Positions 14,676 to 27,361 of a stretch of DNA of 51,820 nucleotides are shown here, piece by piece. The position numbers and the translations under genes were made by a program. The notes below the pieces were generated by a model. It saw only the letters and a list, made by a program, of their open reading frames with translations, was not told the origin of the DNA and searched no databases. Origin of the DNA: Girardia tigrina. Its lineage: Eukaryota. Every line of letters starts with the position of its first letter. Position 1 is the stretch's first letter. The stretch lies in assembly GCA_001938485.1 (NCBI GenBank), contig MQRK01201145.1, positions 1 through 51,820 on the forward strand, read 5' to 3'.

Positions 14676-15605
14676 TAAATAAATTTAATTTTTAAACATT
14701 TTTTTAAAACTATTTTCTTAAAGATTAGAATATTTTTATTCATTTATAATTTAAAAAAAATGCATGCAAATAAACAATATTAATCAAGATAAATTAAAAA
14801 TAAATTTAATTAACATTTTGATATGCACCCACAATTTTAGTTAATATTTTTAATTTAACTATTTAAATTTTGATAATTTTTAAATGAAATAAAACAAATA
14901 TAAAGATTATTAAAAATAATTATTTATTTTGACACAAGAGATATATGATATTTGCGTAATATTGTTGGACTTATGTCAGTTCATATTAATCTTTCTTTAA
15001 AATAATGCTCAAAAATAAAAGTATATGAACTTTTAAACAAATTTTGTAAGAATAATTAAAATTTATTATTAGGGAAAGAGAATGCTCTATAATTTTTATG
15101 GACCCGGATTTTTAGATTTTAAAAATTCATAATTTTCATAACTCCCTTACGTCGTTTCGATGACGCGTTCTTTTTTATACTTATCACAAAAGTTCTTTTT
15201 TATTAATTAGTTTATATTTATTTTAATTTTTATTAATATGTTTGACTTTTTTAACACTGTTTATTAAGTCAAATTAATTTTTCAACATTTTTGTCACGGT
15301 TATATGTTGTTTCAAAAGTGCATAGAAAATGAAACGTAATTTAAATTATAAATAATTAATATTTTTTAAAGTAGTCGTATGATAATCGCGTTTCTAATTG
15401 TCATGAAATTTAACTATTGTTAAAATAAAGTTCCATTTCTTTCGGTCTGTCTGTCTGACTGTCTGTGCCCGAAAAATGTTTAAGTGAACAAATAAGCAGA
15501 AAAAAAATTAAAATTGTTTTTTCGATAATTAAGGTAAATAATTTCTTTGGAAACTGATTTGTTATTCAATGAAATATAAGTTTCTAAAATTTGAAAAATA
15601 AGATA

Positions 15606-16846
15606 TTAGGTTGATGCAAAAGAAATTTGGTTTTTTAACCGTCAACTTTAAATGAACATAACTTTCTTTATAGTAAACTTTTTTAGTCAAAATAAACACC
15701 ATTGCATTGAATAAACTGTTGCCAACGGAGTTCCGGAGTTCTGGAGGCGATGAAGTCACCCAAGGCTCTTTCAGCATCTCCTTGCTTTCTGAAGCATTTT
15801 TCGCGAAGGAACTGCCTGAAATGTTTGAAACGGTAATAGTCTGTAGGAGAAAGGTCTGGTGAGTACGGTGGATGAGGCAAAGTTTCTTATCCCAGTTTGT
15901 TTAACTTCAGCATGGTCTTTCTTGCAATATGTGGACGTTGTCATGCAGAAGGATTCGCCCATTTCTATTGAGTAATGCCGGCCGTTTTTGTGTAGTTCTT
16001 GGTGCATTTTGTCAATTTGCTGACAATACTTTTCCGATGTAATCTTTTTGTTTTGTTTTAGGAAGCTATAATGGATTAAACCGTGTGCGAACAACCAAAC
16101 AGTTACTATGACTTTTTTTTGTAATTTTGGCTTCGTGAAAGGCTTTGGAGCCTCATTGAAATCCAACCACTGAGCTGAACGTCAACAATTGTCGTATAGA
16201 ATCCATTTTTCATCGCACGTTACAATTCGATCCAGAAGCGGGTCGCTATGATTACGCAAAAGTAGAGAAGAACACACGCTAAAAGTACGATTATTTTGAT
16301 TTTCGTTTAATTCCTGTGGAACCCACTCGTCAAGCTTTTTCACTTTCCAGATTTTTTTTCAGATGGCAAACTGTTGATTGGTGAACGTTGAGTTCTTGAG
16401 CGACTTCCCGGGAATGCATGTTGGCATTGATTAACTTCTTAAAATGGTCATCGTCAACTTGTGATGGTCGACTTCCGTGTTCTTCATCTTCAAGTCTCTT
16501 GTTGCCACTACGAAACTTAGAAAACCAACGTTGTACTGTTCGTAAATTAGTGGTATGTTGTCCAAATACATTGTTACTATTCCGAGCCGTTTCTGTCGCT
16601 TTTCGACCTAGTTTGAAATCGTAGAATAAAATTGTTCTCATTTCCTTCTTTTCTAACATTTATAAAAATAAAATAAATACATCTTAAATTAACAACAATA
16701 ATATCATACTTGATATCAAAATATAGAGTAAAGTTTAAGCTTTTAAGTAAATTGAAATATGAATCTATTTATTAATGATTTTCTAAATATTTCAAACAAT
16801 GAATATTAAATACATTAAAAACGACATTTCTTTTGCATCAATCTAA
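15606..16846 (-). mobile_element. mariner (DD34D, cecropia-subfamily-like), full length, frameshifted transposase
   Basis: TIR TTAGGTTGATGCAAAAGAAAT at both ends, TA TSDs; motifs WVPQEL, TCDEKW, HPPYSPDLSPTDY; 1241 bp. Confidence 0.93.
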
Positions 16847-18519
16847 TAATAAAAAAAGTTAATAATTGATAATTAATTATAATTTTCATCTAAAAATTAC
16901 TTGTCACTTAATAGATAGAATTAAATATTTTTAAAATAATTTTTGAAACATTTGAAAACATATTGACCGTCATGGGCGTCACATTTACCCGGTTTATCTG
17001 TAATGTAAGGCATTCAAGGTGGTCATATTCTGAAAATGATGACATAATTAAAATAATACAAATACATAAAAAAATATTTTAAGAAATTGTTAGTTTTTAA
17101 GAGAAAAATAATATTTTTATTAATTATTTTTAAAATAAAAAAAATATTCAATTGAGAAATTGAAATATTTTTTTTTATAATTTTGCAAATTTTAAATTAC
17201 TAAATATTAAAAATTATTTTTTTGAAAATATTTTCTTCAATTATTATTTAACGGATAATTTGTTGTAAAATCTTTATTTCCGTTGAAGATAAGAAAAGAA
17301 CTATTTAAAAAATATTAAAAAAACTCTTTAAAATTTGTAAAGAAAAAAGAAAAGAGGAAATAATAAATTGAATGAAACAGTTTTATGACAATAGGAATTT
17401 TTGATTGAGAAATTAATTCGTTTGCTCAACTATAAAAAAAGAATATGACGAAAATGGTAATTTTTCCTTTTCAGTTGTATGTTACAAATGTATTAAAGCA
17501 AAATTTTATTCCAGTGAATTTCACGTTTTCTCTTCTAATTATTTTTGAAATGAATTTCGGAGTTCCGCCTTGAAAAAAGCAATTTTTCCATTATAATTTT
17601 AGTTAATATTTTCATAAATGATATAATTTTTTTTAATATTTTTTGTCGGCTTTTCAAATATGAATGATAATCATCGAATTTAGTAAGTTATGTTTTACCG
17701 AAATATATATTATTAAAGAATATATAAATATAATATAATATATTTATTAAAGAATGATATTTTGAAGATAATAAAATGGGTCATAAAATGTTAGTTTCTT
17801 CTCAACCTTGTGATAATAATTTTTGAAAATTCCCTTTTTTATCAAACATTCTTAAATAAATAATACAATTTATCAACAACTTTCTACGGTTAGTTCTTCT
17901 ATTTTACTGCTCGATATTTAAAGGTACAAAAAATAGCAATTTTAGCCATGATTGATGGAAATATATTCCCGTTCAGAAAACTTGGCCAAATTTAGTTATT
18001 TAATTAAATACCCAAAATTTTTCAAAGCATCTGTATTAATTTATCTCCATCTATCATCATTAAATATATTTGATCAATAAATTATAAATAATGATATGAA
18101 GACCATCTCTACACATATCTTTTTGTACAAAAAGTCTCTCTAAATCATACTTTCGAAGTCCTTGCTAGTTGCTTCATCCAATTCAATATATTAAAACACC
18201 AACTATATTTTCCACAATTTTAATTGTATTACAGTTTAATTTGTTTTTGGGGCAATTTTTAGTAAAAACTTTCTTGATTCGTCATCTATCTAAATTGATA
18301 AGATTTTTGATAATGAATCAATTATTTGAATAAATTTTCATTTTAATACATTTAAGTTATCTTCAGGGCTTTTTCATTTCTACTTGAGTGATTTCTCCAA
18401 CAATTTTATCTAAAAATTATTTTAATTTTAAAATGATTTCATTTAAAAGCATTTATTTAATCAATATAAAAATCTTTTATAAATACTTGCTTTACCAAAA
18501 TCTTTTATATTCAAATTTA

Positions 18520-19790
18520 CAGATGTTAATGAATTCATTAATGACAAGCCCGGAATTATATTTTTCAGATATGAAAATACATTTTATTCTAGATACGGAT
18601 GCTAATTTCGACACCATTGGAGTCGTGTACAAAAGTACAATCAAGGAAAGGAAAGAGTTGTGGTTTATGGATCGCCATCAATGAATAGCCACGAGAAGGG
18701 CTATTGTGTTACAAGAAAAGAATTACTTGTCATGTATTATCTTTATAACCATTTCAGACATGTTCTGTATGGTAAACGGATTACCGTGCGTACTGACCAT
18801 AAAGCAATCACGTTTATGCTGAACACTGAGAAGTCAATGACATCGCAGTTTCAAATGTAGATTAGTTATTTAAGCAGTCTGGATATGAAGTTAGAATTTC
18901 TAAAATGATCCTTGCACAAGAATGCTGATGTCAAGGATGAATTGTAATACGTGTACTCAATGTTTGATGCAACACGAGGAAGCTAAGAAAGAAAAAATCA
19001 AGACATGTGCACTGGATGTTGTATTAAAAGATGCAACGACAAAGTCACTCGAAGATATTATCTTGGAAACCAATCGAATGTTGGCACATGCGGGTGCAAG
19101 AAAAGTTGAGTATTATTTAAGAGACTCAAAGGATTTTGACAAGCTGAAGGGTAAGATCAAAGAGATTGTACGCAGATGTGAATCATGCTAAAAGTATAAA
19201 ACATATATGGCCAAGACAAAAGAGAACACGATAAAAGTAGAAGCTGTAAGGTTTTTGAATGTATTTATGTAGATATTTGTGGACCGTTGAAAGAGACTTC
19301 TGGGTAAAAATAAATATATTCTAGGCATCATTGAATTAGTAATATCGAAACAAGATGAAAAGTCGATAATAAATAGAATAATACGGAATTGGATACTGAA
19401 ATTTGGATAATGAAAAAAGAAGTTTGGACTAGGCAGGGATTTTACCGGAGATCCAATCCTTATTAAATGCCACATTACAGATAACTATCGGGATGAGTCC
19501 AGCTGAAATCATTTTCGGAAGACGCATTAGCAGGGGGAAATGGGATGGAAAAAATAACAAAACATTTCAATATGAGCAGGACCAGGAGCCTATCACGCGA
19601 TGACAATTCTTCCCAGGAAATGAGGTATTGGTAAAATTAGAACAAAAGATCAAGGGAGATACGACGGTGATAAAAAGTCATTCAAAAAGTACTTCATAGA
19701 AGATATGTTCTTGAAGATATGTCTTGTAAAACATGTGAAAGAAATGTGGAGAAAATCAAAAAAATTCTTGCATGCGGGGAATAAGAGAGT
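18520..19790 (+). mobile_element. Ty3/Gypsy pol remnant (RNase H and integrase), degenerate
   Basis: FILDTDA, YCVTRKELL, VRTDHKAI (RNase H); H..G..CESC zinc knuckle and DICGPL (integrase), in Gypsy order; purine tract gcgggga near 19775. Confidence 0.85.
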
Positions 19791-20261
19791 GTTGCTAATT
19801 TTTTAATTTTCGGAAATAGGAATTTTGGCTTTTTAAAAATTTTGAATTATAATCGAAATTCAAAAAATATTAAAAAATTGAATTAAAAAAAAGAAAAAAA
19901 TGAAAATTTGTTTAAATAAAAAAATTAACCGTTTGTAATATTTGAATAAATTTTGAAATTTCTTAATTTTCATTTTGATTAAGAATGGATGTTAATTCCC
20001 AACCTAACATGAAATTTTATACATCTTATGTTGTAATTTAAAATGAAAATCTTGTTGAAAAAATTAATCATCACGACATTCAAAATATTTTTTTTCTTGG
20101 TTGGATAATAATATTCGCACACACAATACTCAACATACCGATTTCAATATATGAAATATAAATTAATTCACACTAATATATATATATATATAATATTGAG
20201 TCTTGTGAACGCAAGTTTAATATTTTGACAATATAATTGGATTACAACTTTTTTATATAAT

Positions 20262-20305
20262 TAGTGGACATGTTTCGATGCTTACATGTATCATTATCAG
20301 CGATA
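20262..20305 (-). ncRNA. Degenerate hammerhead ribozyme (PLE family A)
   Basis: Minus strand tatcg CTGATAA tgatac atgtaa gcatc GAAA catgtc cacta; homologous to 31109-31152, but core and stems are mutated. Confidence 0.6.
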
Positions 20306-20688
20306 TTCGGAAATTTAGTATTTAAATATTTGAGTAGTACAATATTGTAATTGTTCTTAATAACATGAATTTAAAGTGTATATTAAATTTAAATGGAATA
20401 ATTTTAAAAATATATTATAATTTCTGAAAGTATTATTGGGTAATAATTTTAAGTATTGAAATAACCTTACTTTGACCATTATGAATGTTAATTGATTGCT
20501 TGTAGTGTCTTATTAGTAGAGATTCACATAACTGTCGTTCATAATTATAGAACAGAAGACTAATCTTTTGAAATGAATGAGTTTCTATCCTTACAACATA
20601 GCCAATGATCAAGAACCTTACTCGATCGACTCATTTGCGAGTGCTCAATAATCTTGGTTTTGAGATGACGATTTGTCTCTCCAATATG

Positions 20689-22042
20689 TGAGCCTCCCAT
20701 CTCTTTCGATAGGTATTGAGCCTCTAGGCTCTTTAAAGGGTCCACCCAAACTAAAGAATCACTAGCAGCCTATATAGGCCTCCTACCACCCATGGATTGT
20801 ATAGCCATGGTTCTGCATACCTTTGGCTGTATTCGTGGACTTCGTACAGCCGCGAAAGGGACATCTGAACTCCCCCCTTGCAGTTAGATCTGCAATCGTA
20901 AAATTCAGATGTGTTTCTTCAGTATCTATCGCTTCTTCCACCGCCGTCGAGATAGTCGTGGGGTTCATCACGGATTGAATCTGGTTACCTGGAATGTTGA
21001 GGTTTTCTACGACTCTTTCTTCTGTGGTATTTATTGTACTGGTTTGCACTGGTGTCATTTTTGGTTCTTCAATTTATTCTGTCTCCTCCAATTTATGATC
21101 CTGGTACCTTGTCAGCACCCCTTCATTTTATACGACTTTTTACATAATTTACATGGGAATGGCAATTGTTGTTGTTGTGTCTCGTTGAGCTGATCAGGAT
21201 TAGCAGAAGCGGATACTGCTGGGTCCCTTTTCATTAATCTGTTCACTTCCATCTTTTCAGCCAACTATTTGTAGCATCTTTCTACTGGACACTGGAGACG
21301 TTTGTATGTTTCCCTCGAAACAGTAGGATCTCTGTGAATGATGCGGTTAATGAAATCTCCATACACCACATCATCCCCAAATAGCCACTCTATGTCCAAT
21401 CTAAGGCATTCCAAAATTGATTCTTTCCCTCAATGCATTACATTCTTTCTCCCAATGATCTTTTTCCGCATTTGTATTTCTCCATTCCAGATTCGTTTGA
21501 TTGTCTCGTACTTCTCTGAAGTTTCCGTCTTACTGTGGAAAGTAACCCGTTTACTCGTGATAATATCCATGGGATGTTCGAGTCCAATGTTCAGGATGTC
21601 CATACGGATCTTTTCAATTTTGTGTTTCTTCCTAACTATGCACGTGCATAGGTTAAGAAGGGCATGCAATTTCTTAATGTTCTTGTCCGATGTTCTCCAG
21701 CTTTCATAGCCGTAGTAGACTACAGAAAATATGCATGTGTTGATTACTTTCTTCTTATTCCTCATTCTCAGTTTGGAGCTATTCAGCACTGGTCTCATGT
21801 TCTGCTGAAGAGATCGTGGATCCTAGGTAACAAAAGATAGAGATCCTTTCAATACCGGCCTCCAGCTGGTGCCCAGCAGAAAGGACCCGAGTATCTATGT
21901 TTAAGTTTAAAACTCTGGTTTTACTCTAACATTCCTCCCCTTATCCCTAGTCTCTTTAAACAGCTCCAAAGAGACTCCCGGGGGACACTGTCGAATGTCT
22001 TCTCCATGTCGATAAAGATAACATACATATTAATGTTCTTGC
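20689..22042 (-). mobile_element. Non-LTR retrotransposon (RTE-like), 5'-truncated and internally deleted
   Basis: FIDMEKTFDSV, FVYLGSTI-like and CIFSVVYYGYESW thumb motifs; probable ATATG TSD; 3' UTR repeated at 33261-33400. Confidence 0.78.
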
Positions 22043-23166
22043 ATATGAGATTTTTGACACCCGTGACGATTAAATTTATATACCAGATTAGATTACAAAC
22101 CCCAAACTATTTTCGATTTATTTGAGAGAGAACTTTGAACTTTGGATGTGACAGAGATTACTTTGACACTACTTATTGTTCTACAAATACTCTTATTAAA
22201 AGCTCTAAATCCTTCAGAATTTTGAATTTTAATGATTTGCTTGTATTCTTCAGTATTTTCTTCTTTTAATTGTTTCTTAACTCGTGTATCTGTATATAAT
22301 CTGTCTAATGTTACACTAATGTTGTGTTCTATTTGCTTCATATTGTCCATCAAGCACCATCTAAGAATATTTAAATCATGATTTGCAATTTCAAAAATGG
22401 ACGACAAATTCCAAACTCTGTGAACGAGGCATTTTATCAAACCCTCTCTATATTTTTCCTCACAAAACTTTGTGCTGTAAAGACCTGTATTTGTTGCATT
22501 TCCAAATAATTCAGTGACAAGAATGTCCAGAAAATGAAGTTTATTATCTACATTCAATTCTGTGGTGAATTTAATATTAGGAAGGAATATGTTATTTTAT
22601 TATTTTGTTTATTAAACTATAGGGTGGTCCAAAAAAAATTTCGGTTATATTAAATAAATTATATACATCAATTTTCATTGTATAGCAATAAGTTGATATC
22701 ATATTGATTTTTAACTTATTAATTTAAACTTACCAGTTTTTCAATTCATGTTTTTGTTTCAATTTCACAAAATACTTTTAAACAAACAAAACTTGGATGC
22801 AGAATTAATTTCTACAGAAAATTTAATTTAAACAAAGGAACTGTTTTCAACAGTTGACTTATACGAGTCATTGCTTCCAATGTTATGAATAATCGATTTA
22901 TCAATCATTTAATTATTGATGTATATAATTTTACTGAATTATGAAACAAATAAAATTTAACATTTAATAGACAAGATCAACCAAACATAATAACTACGGT
23001 TAATATGAATTCTATGTATCCGAAAACTATTAAAATTATGGGATTTCTAACAGATCTGTCTCTGATTGAAATAATTATAACTATGGTCTGCATGAAAAGT
23101 GATAAGCATAAGTTAATTATTACATTTAATATTACTCCATTTACAAAGTCAGACGCATACACCAGA

Positions 23167-23417
23167 TGTTGACATGATCATATAATTTTAACGATGTAAA
23201 TAAACAATGAAGGGGGCTACTCGTCCATACTGGCCTCCAGAACCTGACGGCGCTCCAAACCCTTCACTATTTATAGTTGAAGGGTGAGGGAGATGCGTCC
23301 TACCACCCAATCGAAAATACTTACAGAAATATCACACATCAAATTGATGTTGAACCCTTAAAAAACTCTGGGGGCTCAGAGTCTCCAGAAATGCCAACAC
23401 GGGAGGTAACCGTGACA
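23167..23417 (-). mobile_element. 251-bp LTR followed by a primer-binding site
   Basis: Minus strand TGTCACGG...TATAAATA...GTCAACA, then tc and TGGTGTATGCG (PBS-like, 23153-23164). Confidence 0.6.
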
Positions 23418-23540
23418 AACAGAAATTTATTTTCAACAAATGAACTAATTTCAACTAATGAACTATTTTATACGTTATAAGATTATGATAATAGGAAAAA
23501 AATTCTGAAAAAAGTCATGAATAAATTGTATTATATAAAA

Positions 23541-25268
23541 CTAAGAAATTATATCAAATTGTATAACTTCAGCTCTGCATACGGGACATTGATATATCTG
23601 ATTGTTTTCAAATGCAATTTTGACTGCTTTTTTGGACATCGGTAAATAGTTGAATGTCCACAATTAAATCGTATATTTCCTGCACCATTTCGGAAACAAA
23701 ATACACAATTTCTGTCTATTTCAGTACCATATGGTATATTTCTAAGAAATACAATCAAATTATCATTTCCATAAAATGTTCCCGAATAATCGCTGCCATT
23801 GGACTTTAATGAATTGTTATTCTCAGAACCATCTGAATTTTTATCTAAGTCTGATAAGTATTAACTTTGGTATTAAATGGTGCATTTCAAATGGTAATTC
23901 ATCTAATTGGAGAAATCGCATTAGGAATTCAAATTCATTTATTTCATTGAAAATCAATTGATCTTTAAGATTTGAGGGTAGTGTGAATAGATGTTCTGGA
24001 TTACTTTGCCAAGTCGTAATTAAATTGTTAATAATTCCTAAATTGCTAAGTCAAAGTCTTTAATTATTGCATTCAATCTTTCAGTAAAGAACGATGGGTT
24101 TGCTGGTGGAAAGCAAAGGTGGTTTTCAATTTCTTGTTAAAGGTTTCATTAAAATTGTTTGTTTTACAATTAGAATCAAACCAGCTGATTAATTGTAAAT
24201 CTCTCAACCAAGTCCTAGAAAAATAGTTTTTGAACCTTTCAATATTTAATTGATGATTAGGACGATCGATTCGAATGTCTTTCAACTTTACAAAAGTATA
24301 TATTATTCTGTCTGTTGGTAAAAATCCAATATGTAAAACAAATACACACTATGCTCTTGCTAATTTATTTTTAAAAAATTTTTTAAGTGCATTTCCAAAT
24401 ATGTTTTTATCACAGCTTGTTTAAGATGACAGAGACACCCTTGCACATGAATATCAGGAAATGTTGCATGCAGAGCAATCAAGGAAGCTCTTTCAAAATC
24501 ACCAATCGCGTGACTTGGTAAAAAACGTGGTACCAAATCTCTAATCTTCCTATATATAGCATGATAATGAACAGTAGAGCGATTTGTCATCAAAACATAG
24601 AATGTTGGGACGTATCCAGTTCAATGTTCAACGGAAATCATAAAAAGTTGAGAAAACATTGAAGGGGCGATTTAAAATGTACCATCGTAGAATATATTTT
24701 CAAATGAATTTAGGTTTTCAATTTTGCTTTCAGAAAAAAATAAAGCTTCAATAATTTGGCAATTAACACTTATATCTCGTTTGAAATTTTCATTGAGACC
24801 ATCGAGATTAACAAGATTTGTGCAAAATGTCACAACGTTTTCAGGAATCGCAGGGAACAAATCAGCTTTTCGCTTGCTCACTCCTCTGCTAAACATAGGG
24901 AAAGACAATTGCGAGGAAATTTCCTGTGGGTACCTAGAACTAACTTCATCAAAGATTTGACGACATGTTTTAGACGATTTTGAGGCTTCTTCAAGCAATT
25001 CAATTTTAAATGTTTTTAATGGCAATTCGTCAAAATCTGGGCTGTGGTTGTGTGGCTTGAATACTTTTAATTTATTAGTTTTGAGATCAATGACAGCAGA
25101 ACCCATACATTTCAAATTATAAAATAATTGACACTTAAAATTTATTGTTTGTTTGTTGAACTTTACTTTATAATAAAGAAAAGAATTGACCATGAAATAT
25201 TTCGAATTTTTTCTTAGGCCTCCTATAATTTCAAAATCAATTAATTTTCTTTCATTGTTAGATTCCAT
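23541..25268 (-). pseudogene. FLYWCH + MULE DDE transposase with C-terminal RING finger (stops and frameshifts)
   Basis: FLYY..FKC..C..HNH; DGTF, GDFE, GCLCH, TNNFNE catalytic motifs; then CVFC..CGH.. and, after a 1-nt frameshift, YQCPVCRAEVIQFDIIS*. Confidence 0.82.
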
Positions 25269-26205
25269 ATTTCAATTTAAGAAAATAATAAAATTAATTA
25301 ATACTGCTTTTAGCAAATATAGCCTTTGTTATGAATAATTCCTAGTTAAAAATATGTAAATTAAACATAATTTTGAATAATATTTTACCCACTGAAATGT
25401 ACAGATGTTTACACTTATCGATTTACTAACAAATTCAAAATGGTGATTTTTGTATTTAATTTAAACAATATTATTTTATTTTAATTGTAAATTTATTTGA
25501 TTAAAATGTTTTTTATTTCATTTAACATGATCACAACACTCACAAATAGTTTTAAAAATAATGAATAATACATATTGTTCAAATTAGTTACTTTGTTCAA
25601 ATTAGGTCCTTTGTTGAAATTAGTTCAGTAACCCAACAAAATATATCCATCTATATCACCTTTAAGAGCACGAACTTACGTTGTTAAGTAACTTCCTGTT
25701 ACTGTGAGAATTGACAGATTAAAAGATCTTTGTTAACTTGTTTAGTGGTGGCACAAGTCTGTTTTATTTAGTGGATTTATTTGTCTGGTTAATTCAGTTC
25801 ATGAACGAGACACTTACTTATTAAATAGTACATTAGTGTTCAATCGGAAATGTGCCTTTTTTTAAGAATAAATAACATTTCGGCTGAATAAAGTCAACTA
25901 ATACCATGCCTATGATGGTACCAGCAAGTTTTATTTCTAGCTAGAGCAAAGACCGGGTTACCTGCTGAGTCATTGTCATTTCTACTTAAAGAGCTTGAAA
26001 ATAAAATGTGTAATATCGTCTGTTTTTATGTTTAATGATCGAAAAAATCCTACAAAATAAATTGCAAAAAAATTTAATAATTACATAAATTTTTATTTAA
26101 CTGATGACAATTTTTATCATCATTCTCATTTATTCAAATATTGTAAATCGATGATTATTTTCTGTAGTATTAACTGTATCAAGCTAAATTATTTCTAAAA
26201 TTAAG

Positions 26206-26742
26206 ATCATGTTGTTGAATATCGAATGATGGACGGCAGTAAATTCGGAACAGGAATAAGCTCATTGAGATTCAAAGATTCAACATACGATGGAATCTTG
26301 TTAGACAATGGAACATTGGTTGGAGGCATTGGAAAACTCGCCGATAGAGATATTGAAGGAACGACAGCTTCAAGTCCTATTGATGGACCACCAAAATATG
26401 TTGGTTGGGATAAGGAACAAGTCAAAAACTCGTTTGTGTCACTCATATTTCGATTTGACAGTCCAAGAAATTTTAGTGCAATATCAGTTAGAGTGGCAAA
26501 CCTTTTTGATTACGATATTCGAGTCTTCAAAAAAATAGAAATGACTTTTGGTTGGAATAGCGATGGATTTAATATCCCCTGGCCAACAGGAAGACAAATT
26601 GAATCAATAGAAAATGATGATCGAATAAGAATAAACCGCTGGAAAGAAATAAAAATTAATAATCATTTCGGAACCTTTGTAAGAATCGATTTATACTTTG
26701 CGAGCAAGTGGATTATTCTGAATGAAATATATTTTCACAGTG
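26206..26742 (+). CDS. DDR: Discoidin domain receptor (DDR)-like receptor tyrosine kinase, DS-like extracellular domain exon
   Basis: Acceptor aattaag at 26205 and donor g|gttagt at 26743; 537 nt, phase 1/1. Translation (D)HVVEYRMMDG..DSTYDG..GGIGKLAD..YVGW..LIFRFDSPRNFSAISV..N..KWIILNEIYFHS matches DDR DS-like domain motifs (YDG, GLGQLTDG, YVGW, F.FD..RNF, W...SEI.F.S). Confidence 0.88.
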
Positions 26743-27314
26743 GTTAGTAAATTATTTTCAGTTATATATATTTTTCGATACTGTAGATTATTTTTTTTAA
26801 ATTTATTTTATTTTGGGTGGTACAATTAGACTTAATTTTGTGAATGACTACTAAAATATCCATATAATATTCAATTAAACGTGGAACCAAGAATCATATT
26901 TATTTTAGAGTTATCTTATATATAATATTATCTTATATTATGAATAAATAAGTATAGAACACAAGACTTAGATTGAAATTGAAGAAAAAAGCTCTATGTA
27001 TTCTAAAAGTGCTCCCATGACAATTGTCGAGGATGGCTTTACCAAACTTTACCTGTAGAAAAGACAAAAGATATGTTTTAGAAAAAATAATGGCGTAAAC
27101 CTTTTAGCCATTCTTGAAACAGTATTTGGTTAGATTTTTGGATCTCTTGTACATGAAGAATCAGAAAAGATGACTCAATTTTTATTTTGACAATTGGAAT
27201 GTATTCCTAATATTTTTTGCATTTGTAATTATAAAAATAATTCGGAAACATGACGCAATTTAATCCAGAAAAATATATGACATATAATTAAGGTTTAATT
27301 TGTTTTCTACATTC

Positions 27315-27355
<41 letters not shown>

Positions 27356-27361
27356 CATATG

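Larger units (their letters stand above)
20192..22585 (-). mobile_element. PLE family A (RT C-terminus, GIY-YIG, 3' UTR), split by a LINE
   Basis: PNIKFTTELNVDNKLHFLDILV..TNTGLY at 22093-22585; NLVYKF..|HIGETNRHLKTKIIEH across the LINE; 3' terminus shared with copies at 6221 and 31100. Confidence 0.85.
22794..25634 (-). mobile_element. Mutator/Phantom-type transposon with sub-repeated TIRs
   Basis: Imperfect inverted ends made of ~16-bp GAACTAATTTCAACAA units (22794-22855, again 23416-23465, and 25575-25634); candidate TSD AACAAAACT / AACAAAATA (7/9). Left boundary uncertain. Confidence 0.7.

Noticed and set aside
22977-23162. Hydrophobic 61-aa ORF suggesting a membrane cargo protein
   Set aside because: It starts in the PBS of an LTR fragment; AT-rich leaders readily give I/L/F-rich chance ORFs.
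23260-23286. Hairpin resembling a rolling-circle origin
   Set aside because: No NANTATTAC nonamer and no Rep ORF; better explained as the LTR TATA region.
26207-26538. Overlapping ORFs on other frames or strand of the DDR exon and of the transposases
   Set aside because: Shadow ORFs of real coding sequence.
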